A stretch of 32,000 nucleotides of DNA from Candidatus Baldrarchaeota archaeon (GCA_016840485.1 JAEOSG010000007.1:885-32884); one strand, 5' to 3'. Shown: positions 9,544-20,144, numbered from the stretch's first letter. The notes: generated from the letters alone by a model not told the origin. Translations and numbers: made by a program.

Positions 9544-9840
9544 TTACCATTTTTTTCTCGGTATTTTTTTAATCCTGTCCTGAGGTCTTCCAACTAGAAC
9601 TTTACCATCTACTTTAACCGTTATTCCATCTGGAAGGAAAATGTAAAAGATACATATAGCCTTTGGTATTCTTTTAATTTTTCCATTTTTCGATAGAAAA
9701 AGTAAAGTTTTTTGTGTCTCATCTACTATTTTTCCTTCAACATTTATAAATGTGGGATCTTTACTTTCAACAACTCTTGCGAAAAGTCCGATCAATTCAT
9801 GCTGAATAATATTTTCTGGAGTAATTTTCATAGAAAACAC
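9544..9840 (-). CDS. rnp1: RNase P protein component 1 (Rpp29/Pop4 homologue)
   Basis: 98 aa. HELIGL.ARVV.S.DP..I...G.IVDET.KTL.........K.IPK..C.F...LPDG..V.VDG..L.GRP.DR matches Rpp29. It occupies the usual position after uL29. The true start may be the ATG at 9831. Confidence 0.8.
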   Translation of the reverse strand: MFSMKITPENIIQHELIGLFARVVESKDPTFINVEGKIVDETQKTLLFLSKNGKIKRIPKAICIFYIFLPDGITVKVDGKVLVGRPQDRIKKIPRKKW

Positions 9841-9842
9841 GG

Positions 9843-10043
9843 TTACTTTTCTTCTTCTTTCATTATAGTTATTAATCTAGCTATTGTTCTTTTTATTTCC
9901 CTTATACGTCCTGGGTTCTCTATTGCGCCACCCATGGCTTTCATTGCCATAAGACGCATCAACTCGGTCTTTAATTCTTCTAATCGTTTCCTACGTTGGT
10001 CAGGAGGCATTTTTCTTATTTCACTTGCCCTTAAAATTGCCAT
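9843..10043 (-). CDS. rpl29: Ribosomal protein uL29
   Basis: 66 aa. MAILRASEIRKM..DQRRKRLEELKTELMRL....AMGG.IENPGRIREIKRTIARL. Confidence 0.9.
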   Translation of the reverse strand: MAILRASEIRKMPPDQRRKRLEELKTELMRLMAMKAMGGAIENPGRIREIKRTIARLITIMKEEEK

Positions 10044-10681
10044 TACGATTCCTCCTCAACACCTTCCTCTTCCTTAATTTCGATTTCTTTCTCTTTTATT
10101 TTTATGTGGTCGGGTAGTTCCGCATCTGGACGCATAATTTTCACGTGTATTCCCATAACTCCAGGTTTCAATAGCACGTGTGTTACTGCTTCATCAACAA
10201 ACTTTTCCGCTGGTTCACCGGTCTTTGCTATGTACCCAGCTGTAAATTTTCTATATTTTGCCCTTTGGCTTACCAGTTTTCCTCTTATAATAATTTCTGC
10301 ACCTCTAGCACCCGCTTCCATTATTCTTCGCAATGCAAAGTAGGCCGCTCTTCTGAAGTGTACCCCTCTCTGAAGTGCTGCCGCTATTCTTGCTGCTACA
10401 ACTTTTGCACTCAGATCTGGATCCTCTACTTCCTCTACTTCAATCTGCGGATTTTCTATTCCAAACCTTTCCTCTAAGATCTGTGTAAGTTCTCTTATGT
10501 TATGTCCTCCTCTTCCAATTATAAGTCCTGGTCGTGCTGCGTAAATTACGACCCTGGTTCTTATTGGAGTTTTAAATAATTCTACACCAGCGTATCCTGC
10601 TCTTTTCAACTCTTTCTCGAGGAATTCGTCAATTGCTGCTCTTTTTAACCCTTCTTGGATAAATACGTTTTTTAGAGGCAA
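10043..10681 (-). CDS. rps3: Ribosomal protein uS3
   Basis: 212 aa. It has a KH domain (PGLIIGRGGHNIRELT) and RGAEIIIRGKL...RAK...F..GY. The tail is acidic. Confidence 0.95.
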   Translation of the reverse strand: MPLKNVFIQEGLKRAAIDEFLEKELKRAGYAGVELFKTPIRTRVVIYAARPGLIIGRGGHNIRELTQILEERFGIENPQIEVEEVEDPDLSAKVVAARIAAALQRGVHFRRAAYFALRRIMEAGARGAEIIIRGKLVSQRAKYRKFTAGYIAKTGEPAEKFVDEAVTHVLLKPGVMGIHVKIMRPDAELPDHIKIKEKEIEIKEEEGVEEES

Positions 10682-10687
10682 TTCATG

Positions 10688-11176
10688 TCACCCCAGAAGT
10701 TCTTCAACAATAATTTCAACGTGGGTGAGCTGTTGAAACTTTGGAGTTGAACGACCAAAAGCTCTCGGAATATATCTCTTAATTTTTGGCCCCATTTGGG
10801 CTGCTGCGTGAATTATTTTACATCTTTCCGTATCTAACCCTTTATAATCGGCATTGTTTTCCACGTTTCTTAGGACTTCAAGGATTTCTTTCGCTGCTTT
10901 AACTGGGTATCTCCCTGACGGCCACTTTTGTAATTGTCTTCTGTGTCCAATCTCCTTTTTATATCTTTTAAATGGAACTGGCCTTTTTAGCGCTATTACA
11001 TCCTCTAGGTATTCCATTGCATCTTTAAGCATCATTCCTTTTATTGTATGACATATTTCCCTAGCTGCCTTCAATGATATACGCAAATCCCTTCCTGAAG
11101 CTTTTGCTGTCCTGTCTGGGTCTAGGTCTTTGATCGAATACTCCCATGTTGGCACAGTGAACACCACCTCTACCAT
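10688..11176 (-). CDS. rpl22: Ribosomal protein uL22
   Basis: 162 aa. AKASGRDLRISLKAAREICHTIKGM...A..YLEDVI....PVPF.RY...GHR is typical archaeal L22. Confidence 0.9.
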   Translation of the reverse strand: MVEVVFTVPTWEYSIKDLDPDRTAKASGRDLRISLKAAREICHTIKGMMLKDAMEYLEDVIALKRPVPFKRYKKEIGHRRQLQKWPSGRYPVKAAKEILEVLRNVENNADYKGLDTERCKIIHAAAQMGPKIKRYIPRAFGRSTPKFQQLTHVEIIVEELLG

Positions 11177-11725
11177 TAGAGTTTCCCTTTTAAATACTTC
11201 TATAGCTCCGATTCCCGGAGGCTCATCTGATTAAACCAGTACAGGGTAATACTACTTTTACTTACAGAGTCTTTAAATTTTTAACTAAAGTTTGTCACTT
11301 TTACCTTACAAATATAATAGTTACGGTACCATAACTCTGTCACACGGCTGTCACATGAATCTAAGGTATTTATTTTAAAATTTTAAGAAGTTTGATAATT
11401 AGGAATCTGTTTAATGATTTCTGATTAAAGGATATATCATCTATCCGAATAAACCAAAAATAAACCCTTTTTTATTTATTTCTCAAAGTAACTCGTTAAT
11501 ATGGAAACTTATGCTTTAATTTCGAGTATTTTTTAATAAGACCTTCTTAAACTATATCGTACTAACCCTGTCTAGTCAGGTATTTTTAGGTAAACTTTTT
11601 TAAGTCATTTATTTTTGTGATGGTTACGCAAATATACCTATTCAAGGGTGAGTGAACCCTTATCCCTTAGACACGAAAAAGTTAAAAACAATTTTATTAA
11701 CCATGTTTCAAACCACCCTTCAACG

Positions 11726-11735
11726 TTAATAATAA
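11726..11735 (+). promoter_or_regulatory. Candidate TATA-like element (TTAATAATAA) upstream of the uS17...SecY operon
   Basis: It lies about 45-50 nt before the ATG at 11779. A GGAGGT Shine-Dalgarno sits at 11765-11770. Motif spotting in a very AT-rich spacer, so weak. Confidence 0.25.
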
Positions 11736-11778
11736 TTCAAATGCGAATCGTTTGTAAATAAATTGGAGGTTCTTTAAG

Positions 11779-12105
11779 ATGACTAGAAACATAGGGCTAG
11801 ACGTTACTCCGCCTAAGTCAGAGTGTGATGACCCAAATTGCCCATTTCACGGTACTTTACCCGTTAGAGGAAGAATATTTGAAGGCATAGTTGTCAGTGA
11901 TAAAATGAATAGAACGGTCGTCGTAAGAAGAGATTATCTATGGTATGTTAAAAAATATATGAGATATGAAAAAAGAAAATCCCTTATTCACGCCCACAAT
12001 CCTCCGTGTATTGACGCTAAAATTGGAGATAGAGTAAAAATAGCGGAGTGCCGTCCCCTTAGCAAAACGGTAAGTTTCGTTGTTATAGAAAAATTAAGCA
12101 AATAG
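11779..12105 (+). CDS. rps17: Ribosomal protein uS17
   Basis: 108 aa. [40 protein letters not shown]...[21 protein letters not shown]. Confidence 0.95.
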   Translation: MTRNIGLDVTPPKSECDDPNCPFHGTLPVRGRIFEGIVVSDKMNRTVVVRRDYLWYVKKYMRYEKRKSLIHAHNPPCIDAKIGDRVKIAECRPLSKTVSFVVIEKLSK

Positions 12106-12125
12106 GAATAGTGGAGGGATAATAG

Positions 12126-12551
12126 TTGCCCGCACGTCGTATTCGTAAAATCTCTGTAGGATATAAACCAAGAATTACACGCGGGCTTCCAGTTGGAGCA
12201 AGATTAAAATGTGCTGATAATACTGGAGCAAAAGAACTAGCTATCATAGCTGTTATCGGATACAAAGGACGACTGAACCGTTTACCGTCAGCTGGAGTTG
12301 GAGACATGGTTGTGGTTTCGGTTAAAAAGGGTACGCCAAAAATGAGAAGACAGGTTGTTAGAGCTATCATTGTTAGACAAAGAAAACCATATAGAAGATA
12401 TAACGGTGTTTGGGTGTCTTTCGAAGATAATGCAGCTGTAATAGTCTCACCGGAAGGTGAACCAAAGGGATCGGAGATACGTGGTCCGGTAGCTAAAGAA
12501 GCAGCTGAAAAATGGCCAAGCGTTGCACGAGTAGCTAGTATAGTTGTCTAG
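12126..12551 (+). CDS. rpl14: Ribosomal protein uL14
   Basis: 141 aa with a TTG start. [17 protein letters not shown]...[19 protein letters not shown]. Confidence 0.95.
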   Translation: MPARRIRKISVGYKPRITRGLPVGARLKCADNTGAKELAIIAVIGYKGRLNRLPSAGVGDMVVVSVKKGTPKMRRQVVRAIIVRQRKPYRRYNGVWVSFEDNAAVIVSPEGEPKGSEIRGPVAKEAAEKWPSVARVASIVV

Positions 12552-12563
12552 GAGGATAGAAAT

Positions 12564-13046
12564 ATGCCTTTCCCAAAATCTAAACAACCAAGAAAGCAAA
12601 GGAAGTTCCTATATAATGCTCCTTTACATCTTAGAAATAAGTTAATGACAGCTCCTCTTTCACCTGACCTTAGAATAAAGTATGGTGTTAAAAGATTGCC
12701 AGTTAGAAAAGGAGACACTGTTGTAGTTACCAGAGGAGATTACAAAGATCTTGAAGGAAAAGTTGTAAAAGTAGATCTTAAAAAGTATAGAATTTATGTT
12801 GAAGGTGTAACGAGAGAAAAAACCGATAGATCAACTGTGTATTATCCTATTCATCCCTCAAATGTCATGATTACAAAACTTGACTTAAGTGACAAATGGC
12901 GAAAGAAAATTATCGAAAGAAAGGCAGTCGCTGCCGAAGAATTAATCGAAGAAGAAGCAAAGGAGGAAGCTGAAGAGACGTTAGAGGAGTCCTTAGAGGA
13001 GGCTGAAGAAGAGAAGCCCCAAGAGGAGGGTGAAGAAGTTGGGTAA
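12564..13046 (+). CDS. rpl24: Ribosomal protein uL24 with an acidic C-terminal extension
   Basis: 160 aa. The KOW region is [37 protein letters not shown]. The last ~40 residues are Glu-rich ([36 protein letters not shown]). Confidence 0.9.
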   Translation: MPFPKSKQPRKQRKFLYNAPLHLRNKLMTAPLSPDLRIKYGVKRLPVRKGDTVVVTRGDYKDLEGKVVKVDLKKYRIYVEGVTREKTDRSTVYYPIHPSNVMITKLDLSDKWRKKIIERKAVAAEELIEEEAKEEAEETLEESLEEAEEEKPQEEGEEVG

Positions 13047-13791
13047 AAAGGGACCAAAGAGACACTTAAAACGTCTTCCAGCACCAAAATTCTGGCCTAT
13101 ACATAGGAAAGAGTTTAAATGGACCATTAGGCCAAGTCCGGGCCCACATCCAATAAACAGATGTCTACCGCTATTATTAATAGTTAGAGATATCCTCGGG
13201 TATGCTAAAACTGCAAGGGAAGCTCGCAGAATACTTGCTGAAGGAAAAATAAAAGTAGACGGAAGAATTAGACGAGATTATAAGTTTCCAGTTGGGCTAA
13301 TGGATGTTATAGAAATTCCTGATGTAAATGAGGCTTATCGCATACTTCCCTTCCCAAGAAAAGGTTTAGGTTTACATCCGATAAGTGGTGAAGAGATCGA
13401 ATTTAAACTCTGTAGAATTGAGAATAAGCGGACTGTAAATGGTGGGCATATTCAACTAAACCTCCATGACGGAAGAAATATCCTAATAAGAGTCAACGAT
13501 CCTACAAAGCCGGAGGAAGATACCTATAAAACAATGGATGTGCTACAAATAAGCCTGCCTGGACAAGAAATCAGGGAACATATTAAATTTGAAGAAGAAG
13601 TACTAGCGCTAGTAACTTGGGGCAAAAACATGGGACAAGTAGGGAAGATAAAGGAAATTACCCGCGGAATAGGAAGACGAGTGAGCGTTGTCACTCTCGA
13701 AAGTCCTGATGGTGAACTATTTCAAACATCCCTCGAATATGTATTTCCTATCGGTCGAGACAAACCCTTAATTTCGCTACCTCAACCGTGA
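13030..13791 (+). CDS. rps4e: Ribosomal protein eS4
   Basis: 253 aa with a GTG start; it overlaps uL24 by 17 nt. [19 protein letters not shown]...PSPGPH....CLPL...RD.LGYA.T.REA..I. Confidence 0.95.
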   Translation: MKKLGKKGPKRHLKRLPAPKFWPIHRKEFKWTIRPSPGPHPINRCLPLLLIVRDILGYAKTAREARRILAEGKIKVDGRIRRDYKFPVGLMDVIEIPDVNEAYRILPFPRKGLGLHPISGEEIEFKLCRIENKRTVNGGHIQLNLHDGRNILIRVNDPTKPEEDTYKTMDVLQISLPGQEIREHIKFEEEVLALVTWGKNMGQVGKIKEITRGIGRRVSVVTLESPDGELFQTSLEYVFPIGRDKPLISLPQP

Positions 13792-13838
13792 AGACAAATA
13801 ACATTAAAATACTTTCATCGAATTAAAGAGGGTCGAAA

Positions 13839-14396
13839 ATGGAAGTAACTCTCCAGAAAAAAGAAGAAATATTAAAAAAGTGGGAAAAAAATCCGATGCT
13901 AAAACCTAGACTAGCAAAGGTAGTCGTAAACTTTGGAGTAGGTGCTAGTGGTGAAAGATTAGAAAAGGGTGTAAAGGTATTAGAGACAATAAGTGGTCAA
14001 ACCCCTGTGAAAATAAGAGCCAAAAAAACAATAAGGGACTTTGGTATTCGTAAAAAGGAGCCTATAGCATGTAAAGTCACACTCAGAGGAGAAAAAGCAA
14101 AAGAATTCCTTAGAAAAGCTTTAGAAGCGGTAGACTTCAAAATTAAGGCTTCAAGCTTTAATGATTATGGTAATGTAAGCTTTGGCATAAAAGAACACAT
14201 AAACTTACCTGGCGTAAGGTATGATCCCGACCTTGGTATATTTGGTATGGATGTATGCATCTCTATAGAAAGGCCCGGTTATAGAGTCAAGCGGAGGAAA
14301 ATTCGTAGAGCACGTATTCCTGAGAGACACCGAGTTCATCGTGATGAAGCAATGGTATATTTAATGGAAGAATTTGGCGTAAAAATCGAAACATGA
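13839..14396 (+). CDS. rpl5: Ribosomal protein uL5
   Basis: 185 aa. NPM..PR..KVVVN.GVG.SGERL......LE.ISGQ.PV...AKKTI..FGIRK.EPI.CKVTLRG. Confidence 0.95.
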   Translation: MEVTLQKKEEILKKWEKNPMLKPRLAKVVVNFGVGASGERLEKGVKVLETISGQTPVKIRAKKTIRDFGIRKKEPIACKVTLRGEKAKEFLRKALEAVDFKIKASSFNDYGNVSFGIKEHINLPGVRYDPDLGIFGMDVCISIERPGYRVKRRKIRRARIPERHRVHRDEAMVYLMEEFGVKIET

Positions 14397-14406
14397 GGGA
14401 TAAATC

Positions 14407-14568
14407 ATGAGTGAAGAAAACAAGAAAAAATTTGGTAAAGGAAGTCGCGTATGTAGAAGATGCGGCACACATAGAGCAATAATACGAAGATATGGATTAA
14501 TGATTTGTAGAAGATGCTTTAGAGAAATTGCAGAAAAACTCGGTTTCAAAAAGCTAGGAGAAAGGTGA
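14407..14568 (+). CDS. rps14: Ribosomal protein uS14 (zinc-ribbon type)
   Basis: At 53 aa it is below the ORF-track cutoff, so I found it by hand: [53 protein letters not shown]. It has CxxC...CxxC, a GAGGGA Shine-Dalgarno upstream, and the expected uL5-uS14-uS8 position. Confidence 0.9.
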   Translation: MSEENKKKFGKGSRVCRRCGTHRAIIRRYGLMICRRCFREIAEKLGFKKLGER

Positions 14569-14574
14569 TACAAT

Positions 14575-14967
14575 ATGCCCTTATTAGATCCTCTTGCTGA
14601 CGCATTATCAAATATTATGAATCACGAACTAGCAGGAAAAAAGACAGTTATAATAAAACCCGCTTCAAAACTCATAGGAGAAGTACTAAAAATAATGTTA
14701 CAAGAAGGGTACATTGGAGAATTTGAATACATAGATGACGGAAGAGCAGGAAAATTCAGAGTGCAACTCTTAGGTAGAATAAACAAATGTGGAGTTATTA
14801 AGCCTCGTTTCCCTGTAAAAAAGAAGGATTTCGAAAAGTGGGAGAAAAGATACCTCCCAGCTCATGATATAGGCATTCTCATAGTATCAACTCCCCAAGG
14901 TGTAATGACCCATAAGGAAGCCATTAAAAGAGGCATTGGAGGACGATTACTCGCTTATGTTTACTAA
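14575..14967 (+). CDS. rps8: Ribosomal protein uS8
   Basis: 130 aa. [14 protein letters not shown].......PASKL.GEVL.I...GYIGEFE.IDDGR.GKF.V.L.G.IN.CG. Confidence 0.95.
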   Translation: MPLLDPLADALSNIMNHELAGKKTVIIKPASKLIGEVLKIMLQEGYIGEFEYIDDGRAGKFRVQLLGRINKCGVIKPRFPVKKKDFEKWEKRYLPAHDIGILIVSTPQGVMTHKEAIKRGIGGRLLAYVY

Positions 14968-14981
14968 AATGGTGGTCTAAA

Positions 14982-15545
14982 ATGGTGAAAATTCCCTACG
15001 TTAAATCTGAGGTTGAAGTACCAGAAAACGTTGAAGTAATTGTTGAGGGAAAAAGGGTAACTGTTAAAGGTCCTAAGGGAACCCTTTCACGAACATTTAA
15101 TGCGCCAGTAAACATAACTTTAGATGGAAATATTGTTAGGGTCGAGGTGTTCTTCCCTAGGAAAAAGGAGAAAGCCATGGTTGGAACTGTGGCTTCACAC
15201 ATTAGAAATATGATAATTGGAGTAACCAAAGGTTTTGTATACAAACTTAAAATTGTTTATGCTCACTTCCCTATAAACGTTAAAGTTGAAGGCAGAAAGG
15301 TCTTAATTGAAAACTTCCTCGGCGAAAGGGCCCCTCGTGTAGCGGAAATCGTAGGAGATGATGTAAAGGTAAGAGTTGAAGGTGATGACGTAATTGTCGA
15401 AGGAATAAACATAGAACATGTAGGACAAACAGCAGCAAACATACAATTAGCAACGAAAATAAAAGACAAGGATCCAAGGGTTTTCCAAGACGGCATATAC
15501 GTCTACGAAAAACACATTGGTGATGTTATTAAACGAGTAGCCTAG
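14982..15545 (+). CDS. rpl6: Ribosomal protein uL6
   Basis: 187 aa. [11 protein letters not shown]......I......V.V......[30 protein letters not shown]. Confidence 0.95.
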   Translation: MVKIPYVKSEVEVPENVEVIVEGKRVTVKGPKGTLSRTFNAPVNITLDGNIVRVEVFFPRKKEKAMVGTVASHIRNMIIGVTKGFVYKLKIVYAHFPINVKVEGRKVLIENFLGERAPRVAEIVGDDVKVRVEGDDVIVEGINIEHVGQTAANIQLATKIKDKDPRVFQDGIYVYEKHIGDVIKRVA

Positions 15546-15558
15546 GAGGCATAAAATA

Positions 15559-15981
15559 ATGCTCAAAGAAAAACTATTAGAATTAAGGAAGAAAATAAAA
15601 AGCAAAAAGCCTGATTTCATTAGGTACGAAAGCTGGAGATACAAACGGGTTAAACCAAACTGGCGTAAACCAAAAGGAATCGACAGTAAAGTACGTGAAA
15701 AGAGAAAAGGCTGGATCAAAATGCCAGACATCGGCTATCGATCACCAAAAGTTGTTAGAGGGCTCCATCCATCGGGATTTGAAGAAGTCCTTGTTTATCG
15801 ACCTGAAGATTTAGAAAAACTAGATCCGACAAAACACGCTGTAAGAATTGCTCATACAGTTGGAACGAGGAAAAGACTCGCTATTCTTGAAAAAGCTGAA
15901 GAATTAGAGTTAGTCGTATTAAATCCAACTGAGGAGGTTCGCAGGGGTGAAATTGAGGAGTCAGAGGAGATTGGCATCTGA
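15559..15981 (+). CDS. rpl32e: Ribosomal protein eL32
   Basis: 140 aa. KP.F.R.ESWRY.RVK..WRKP.GIDSK.R.K.KG.......[20 protein letters not shown]. Confidence 0.9.
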   Translation: MLKEKLLELRKKIKSKKPDFIRYESWRYKRVKPNWRKPKGIDSKVREKRKGWIKMPDIGYRSPKVVRGLHPSGFEEVLVYRPEDLEKLDPTKHAVRIAHTVGTRKRLAILEKAEELELVVLNPTEEVRRGEIEESEEIGI

Positions 15982-16408
15982 AATACTTAAGGTAGGCATT
16001 CATAGAGTTTGGATAGATCCTGATTATGTTGATGAAGTTAGTATGGCTGTTAGACGTGAAGATATTAGACGTTTAATTAAAGATGGTATAATTCGTGCTC
16101 TACCTGAAAAGGGAATCTCAACAAGTAGAGCCAAAAAGCTTCATGAACAAAAGAAGAAAGGTAGAAGAAGAGGCCATGGAAGTAGAAAAGGAAGAAAAAC
16201 CGCTAGAATGCCTCGAAAAGAAAGTTGGATGAATAAAATAAGGGCCATTAGGAGAAAACTTAGAGAATTACGAGATAAAAGAATCATAACTCGAAGGGTT
16301 TATAGAATGTTGTATATGAAAGCAAAAGGCGGAACATTTGGAAGTGTTCGTCATCTATTACATTACATAGAGGAACATAACTTGGCGAGAAAGGCTATAT
16401 TAGAATAG
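15947..16408 (+). CDS. rpl19e: Ribosomal protein eL19
   Basis: 153 aa with a GTG start; it overlaps eL32 by 35 nt. L.SQRRLA..IL.VG..RVW.DP......V..A..REDIR.LIKDG.I......G.S..RA. Confidence 0.9.
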   Translation: MKLRSQRRLASEILKVGIHRVWIDPDYVDEVSMAVRREDIRRLIKDGIIRALPEKGISTSRAKKLHEQKKKGRRRGHGSRKGRKTARMPRKESWMNKIRAIRRKLRELRDKRIITRRVYRMLYMKAKGGTFGSVRHLLHYIEEHNLARKAILE

Positions 16409-16419
16409 GAGGTTAAAAA

Positions 16420-17022
16420 ATGGCAAAAGGCCCAAGGTACAGAGTACCCTTCAGAAGACGTAGAGAAGGAAGAACAGACTATTACTTAAGAAGAAAATTG
16501 GTAATATCAGGCTTACCAAGATTAGTTGCTAGAAAAACTCTAAAACACACGATTACACATATTGTAATTGCTCAACCTGAAGGAGATAAAACCTTGGTTT
16601 ATGCTCATAGCAAAGAGCTTGTACAAAAATATGGTTGGCTTGGTGGAACTGGAAATTTACCCGCAGCATACTTAACAGGTCTATTAGTAGGATACAAAGC
16701 GTTAAAAGCTGGCATTAAGAAGGCCATACTCGACATAGGGCTTCATAGACCAACAAAGGGAAATAGAGTATTTGCAGTTCTTAAAGGTGCTGTGGATGCC
16801 GGTTTAGAAATCCCACACGGCGAAGAGATACTACCAGACGAATCTAGAATAAGAGGAGAACACATTGCAAAATATGCTGAACTATTAGAGCAAAATAACC
16901 CAGATCGGTATCAAAAACAATTTTCACAATACATTAAAAGAGGTTTAGACCCCAAAAAACTCCCAGAACACTTCGAAGAAGTCAAAAATAAGATAATTTC
17001 AGAATTTGGGGAGGGCTCGTAA
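16420..17022 (+). CDS. rpl18: Ribosomal protein uL18
   Basis: 200 aa. [30 protein letters not shown]....I......GD.TL..AHS.EL..YGW. Confidence 0.95.
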   Translation: MAKGPRYRVPFRRRREGRTDYYLRRKLVISGLPRLVARKTLKHTITHIVIAQPEGDKTLVYAHSKELVQKYGWLGGTGNLPAAYLTGLLVGYKALKAGIKKAILDIGLHRPTKGNRVFAVLKGAVDAGLEIPHGEEILPDESRIRGEHIAKYAELLEQNNPDRYQKQFSQYIKRGLDPKKLPEHFEEVKNKIISEFGEGS

Positions 17023-17657
17023 TGGCAAGCCGTACCGTGGATATCGAAGAGTGGAAACCCAGGACAAGAATAGGTCGTTTGGTAAAGGAAGGACAAATAA
17101 CATCAATTGACGAAATATTTCGTGCAGCTCTACCAATTAAGGAACCTGAAATAGTTGATTTTCTTCTTCCTAATCTTGAGGAAGAAGTCGTTGACATAAA
17201 TCTGGTTCAACGACAGACAGATGCAGGCGAATTGTCAAGATTTAGAGCAACCGTGGTGATCGGTAATAGAGATGGCTATGTGGGCATAGGAGAAGGCAAA
17301 GCGCAAGAAATCGGTCAGGCAATAAGAAAAGCCATAGTAGATGCCAAACTAAATATAATACCAGTTAGAAGAGGATGCGGAAGCTGGGAATGTAGATGTC
17401 ACCATCCACACTCTGTACCCTTTAAAGTTGAAGGAAAAAGTGGAAGTGTAAGGGTCATACTTATACCCGCACCGAGAGGAACAGGGCTAGTTGCAGGTGA
17501 TGTTGCAAAAGTTGTTTTAAGACTCGCAGGAATCCAAGATGTATGGTCAAGAACATTTGGAGAAACTAGGACGGCGCCGAACTTCGCTAAAGCTGTATAC
17601 GATGCACTTAGAAGAACTTACAAATTCGTGTCTCCCAAGGATTGGGGAAGAGTCTAA
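17022..17657 (+). CDS. rps5: Ribosomal protein uS5
   Basis: 211 aa; TAATG overlap with uL18. W.PRT..GRLV..G.I.S..EI.....[24 protein letters not shown]...RF...VV.GN.DGYVG.G.GKA. Confidence 0.95.
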   Translation: MASRTVDIEEWKPRTRIGRLVKEGQITSIDEIFRAALPIKEPEIVDFLLPNLEEEVVDINLVQRQTDAGELSRFRATVVIGNRDGYVGIGEGKAQEIGQAIRKAIVDAKLNIIPVRRGCGSWECRCHHPHSVPFKVEGKSGSVRVILIPAPRGTGLVAGDVAKVVLRLAGIQDVWSRTFGETRTAPNFAKAVYDALRRTYKFVSPKDWGRV

Positions 17658-17669
17658 GGAGGCATACTA

Positions 17670-18149
17670 ATGCAAGAAAAAAAGAGATTTGCGGTAGTAA
17701 GGCTTCGAGGAAGTGTTGGGGTTCGTGAAGAGGTAGAGGACACCTTAAAAATGTTAAGACTTTATAAAGTTCATCATACCGTTATTATAGACAACAGACC
17801 AAGTTATTTAGGCATGTTACAAAAAGTAAAAGATTATGTTACATGGGGAGAAGTCGATGCAGAAACTTTGGCAGCAATGCTGAAAAAAAGAGGAAGACTC
17901 ATAGGCAACAAAAAATTAAGTGATGAAATTGTTCAAAAATATACACCATACAAAACAATAGAAGAATTTGCAAAAGCAATTGTTGAATTTAAAGCAGAAC
18001 TTGGCGATATACCAATTCTCAAACCAGTATTTCGGTTACATCCACCAAAAGGCGGATTAAAAGGGTCAAAGAAAAGACCATACCCCGATGGAGGGGAACT
18101 TGGTTATAGAGGCGAAGCAATAAATGATCTACTTAAAAAAATGATCTAG
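17670..18149 (+). CDS. rpl30: Ribosomal protein uL30
   Basis: 159 aa. [11 protein letters not shown]...[10 protein letters not shown].....[19 protein letters not shown]. It occupies the expected position between uS5 and uL15. Confidence 0.9.
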   Translation: MQEKKRFAVVRLRGSVGVREEVEDTLKMLRLYKVHHTVIIDNRPSYLGMLQKVKDYVTWGEVDAETLAAMLKKRGRLIGNKKLSDEIVQKYTPYKTIEEFAKAIVEFKAELGDIPILKPVFRLHPPKGGLKGSKKRPYPDGGELGYRGEAINDLLKKMI

Positions 18150-18163
18150 AAGGAGGCAATAAG

Positions 18164-18613
18164 ATGGTAGTAAGAAGAAGGAAAAAAAGTAGAAAATTCC
18201 GAGGTTCAAGAACTCATGGATACGGTAGAGTAGGGCAGCATCGCAAAGGCGGATCACGAGGAGGAAAAGGACGTGCAGCTGGAAGAAAACATGGACATAT
18301 GTGGTCCTACATAATTAAATATGAACCTAATCGCTTCGGTAAACATGGCTTTCACCGACCACAAGAACTAATTAGGGAGCCCAGAACCATAAACATTGGA
18401 GAAATAGATGAAAAAATTGATCTTCTTCTTGAGAATAAAATCGCTGAGTACGAAGGAGATCAGATAGTTATTGATGTAACGAAATTAGGTTTAGATAAAG
18501 TTCTTGGAAAGGGAAAAATAACAAAACCTCTTATCGTTAAAGCTAAATCATTTACTACATCAGCTATAAAGAAAATAGAGGAGGCCGGAGGAAAAGCAAT
18601 AGTTATCCATTAG
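18164..18613 (+). CDS. rpl15: Ribosomal protein uL15
   Basis: 149 aa. [34 protein letters not shown]. Confidence 0.9.
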   Translation: MVVRRRKKSRKFRGSRTHGYGRVGQHRKGGSRGGKGRAAGRKHGHMWSYIIKYEPNRFGKHGFHRPQELIREPRTINIGEIDEKIDLLLENKIAEYEGDQIVIDVTKLGLDKVLGKGKITKPLIVKAKSFTTSAIKKIEEAGGKAIVIH

Positions 18614-18680
18614 ATTTATAATTAACGGCAATTTTTTAACATCCTAATTACAATATAATATCGTGTGAGAGGGTTCCACA

Positions 18681-20144
18681 ATGAGTAAGTTCTTAAATTT
18701 CTTTGCGCCTTTCGTGCGATTTACACCAGAGGTAAAGTCGCCAGATAGAGATATCACATTTAGGGAGAAGCTATTTTGGACAGCTATTGTATTAATTATA
18801 TACTTAGTCATGAGTAATATGTCGCTTTATGGAATTCCTAAAGGTCAAGGATATGATTATCTTTACTGGATGCGTGTTATATTGGCATCTAAACGTGGAA
18901 CCCTAACTGAACTCGGCATAGGTCCAATAGTCACAGCCGGATTAATAATGCAACTTCTAGCAGGATCAAAAATAATTGAAGTAGATTTCTCAGACCCTGA
19001 AGATAGAGCACTGTTTACCGGCGCCCAAAAGGTACTAGCCATAATTATAACGGTCTTCCAAGCATTTGCATACCTCTACGCTAAAGCATTTGGATCATTA
19101 TCATTTGAAAACTCGGTAGCAGTATTTCTACAACTTGTAGCAGCAGGAATACTAATAATTCTCCTAGATGAGACACTTCAAAAAGGATGGGGACTAGGAA
19201 GCGGAGTAAGTTTATTCATAGCAACAAACACAGCCGAATTAATCCTCTGGGGAGCATTCTCTCCCCTCTCAACAGGAGATCAAGGAGATGGCCTCTATCG
19301 AGGCGCCGTTCTGGCCTTTTTCCAATTGATGATAGATGCTGCTGGAACAGGAAAATGGCGTGAAAACCTTATTCACGCATTTAACCGTCCAAACAATCTA
19401 CCAGATATGAGCGGAGTTTTAGCTACAATCGTAGTATTTCTTGTCGTTATTTATCTTGAAGCATGTAGGGTAGAAATACCAGTTTCGTATGCCAGGTTCA
19501 GAGGATTCAAGGGTAAATACCCAATAAAACTCTTATATGTCTCAAATATTCCGGTAATTCTAGTGCAAGCGCTCTACGCAAACCTGATATTCTTCGGTCA
19601 ACTCTTCTGGTCAAGATGGAAAGACACAAACAATGTTTTGTTATCCTTATTTGTAAAAGCCCTTGGCCAATTCGAACCTGCCGAAGAAGGTGGTTACCTC
19701 CAGCCAACGGGAGGTCTAGTTTATTATCTTACTCCTCCAAGGAGCCTAGAGACAATCGCTACAGAACCCCTCAGAGCGATCATATATCTCATTGTTTTTG
19801 TTGCTCTCTGTGCCATGTTCAGTAGCGTTTGGATAGAAGTTTCGGGCATTGGGCCTAGGGACATAGCTTATCAACTACTTCAAGCTGGAATGCAAGTTCC
19901 CGGCTTCAGACGATCACCAAAAATCATAGAAAAAATTTTAGAAAGATATATACCAACAGTTACGGTACTAGGTGGGATCATTGTAGGATTAATAGCAGCG
20001 CTTGCAGATTTCCTTGGCGCCCTGGGAACAGGAGTAGGGGTTTTACTGACTGTTGGAATCATATATCAATACTATCAAATAATTGCTCAAGAACAGCTAG
20101 CAGAGATTCACCCAGCTCTAAGAGGACTATTAGGAATAGAATGA
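18681..20144 (+). CDS. secY: Protein translocase subunit SecY (Sec61 alpha)
   Basis: 487 aa and about 10 TM segments. ...ILASKRGTLTELGIGPIVTAGLIMQLLAGSKII... and LLDE.LQKGWGLGSGVSLFI. It sits in the canonical position after uL15. Confidence 0.95.
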   Translation: MSKFLNFFAPFVRFTPEVKSPDRDITFREKLFWTAIVLIIYLVMSNMSLYGIPKGQGYDYLYWMRVILASKRGTLTELGIGPIVTAGLIMQLLAGSKIIEVDFSDPEDRALFTGAQKVLAIIITVFQAFAYLYAKAFGSLSFENSVAVFLQLVAAGILIILLDETLQKGWGLGSGVSLFIATNTAELILWGAFSPLSTGDQGDGLYRGAVLAFFQLMIDAAGTGKWRENLIHAFNRPNNLPDMSGVLATIVVFLVVIYLEACRVEIPVSYARFRGFKGKYPIKLLYVSNIPVILVQALYANLIFFGQLFWSRWKDTNNVLLSLFVKALGQFEPAEEGGYLQPTGGLVYYLTPPRSLETIATEPLRAIIYLIVFVALCAMFSSVWIEVSGIGPRDIAYQLLQAGMQVPGFRRSPKIIEKILERYIPTVTVLGGIIVGLIAALADFLGALGTGVGVLLTVGIIYQYYQIIAQEQLAEIHPALRGLLGIE

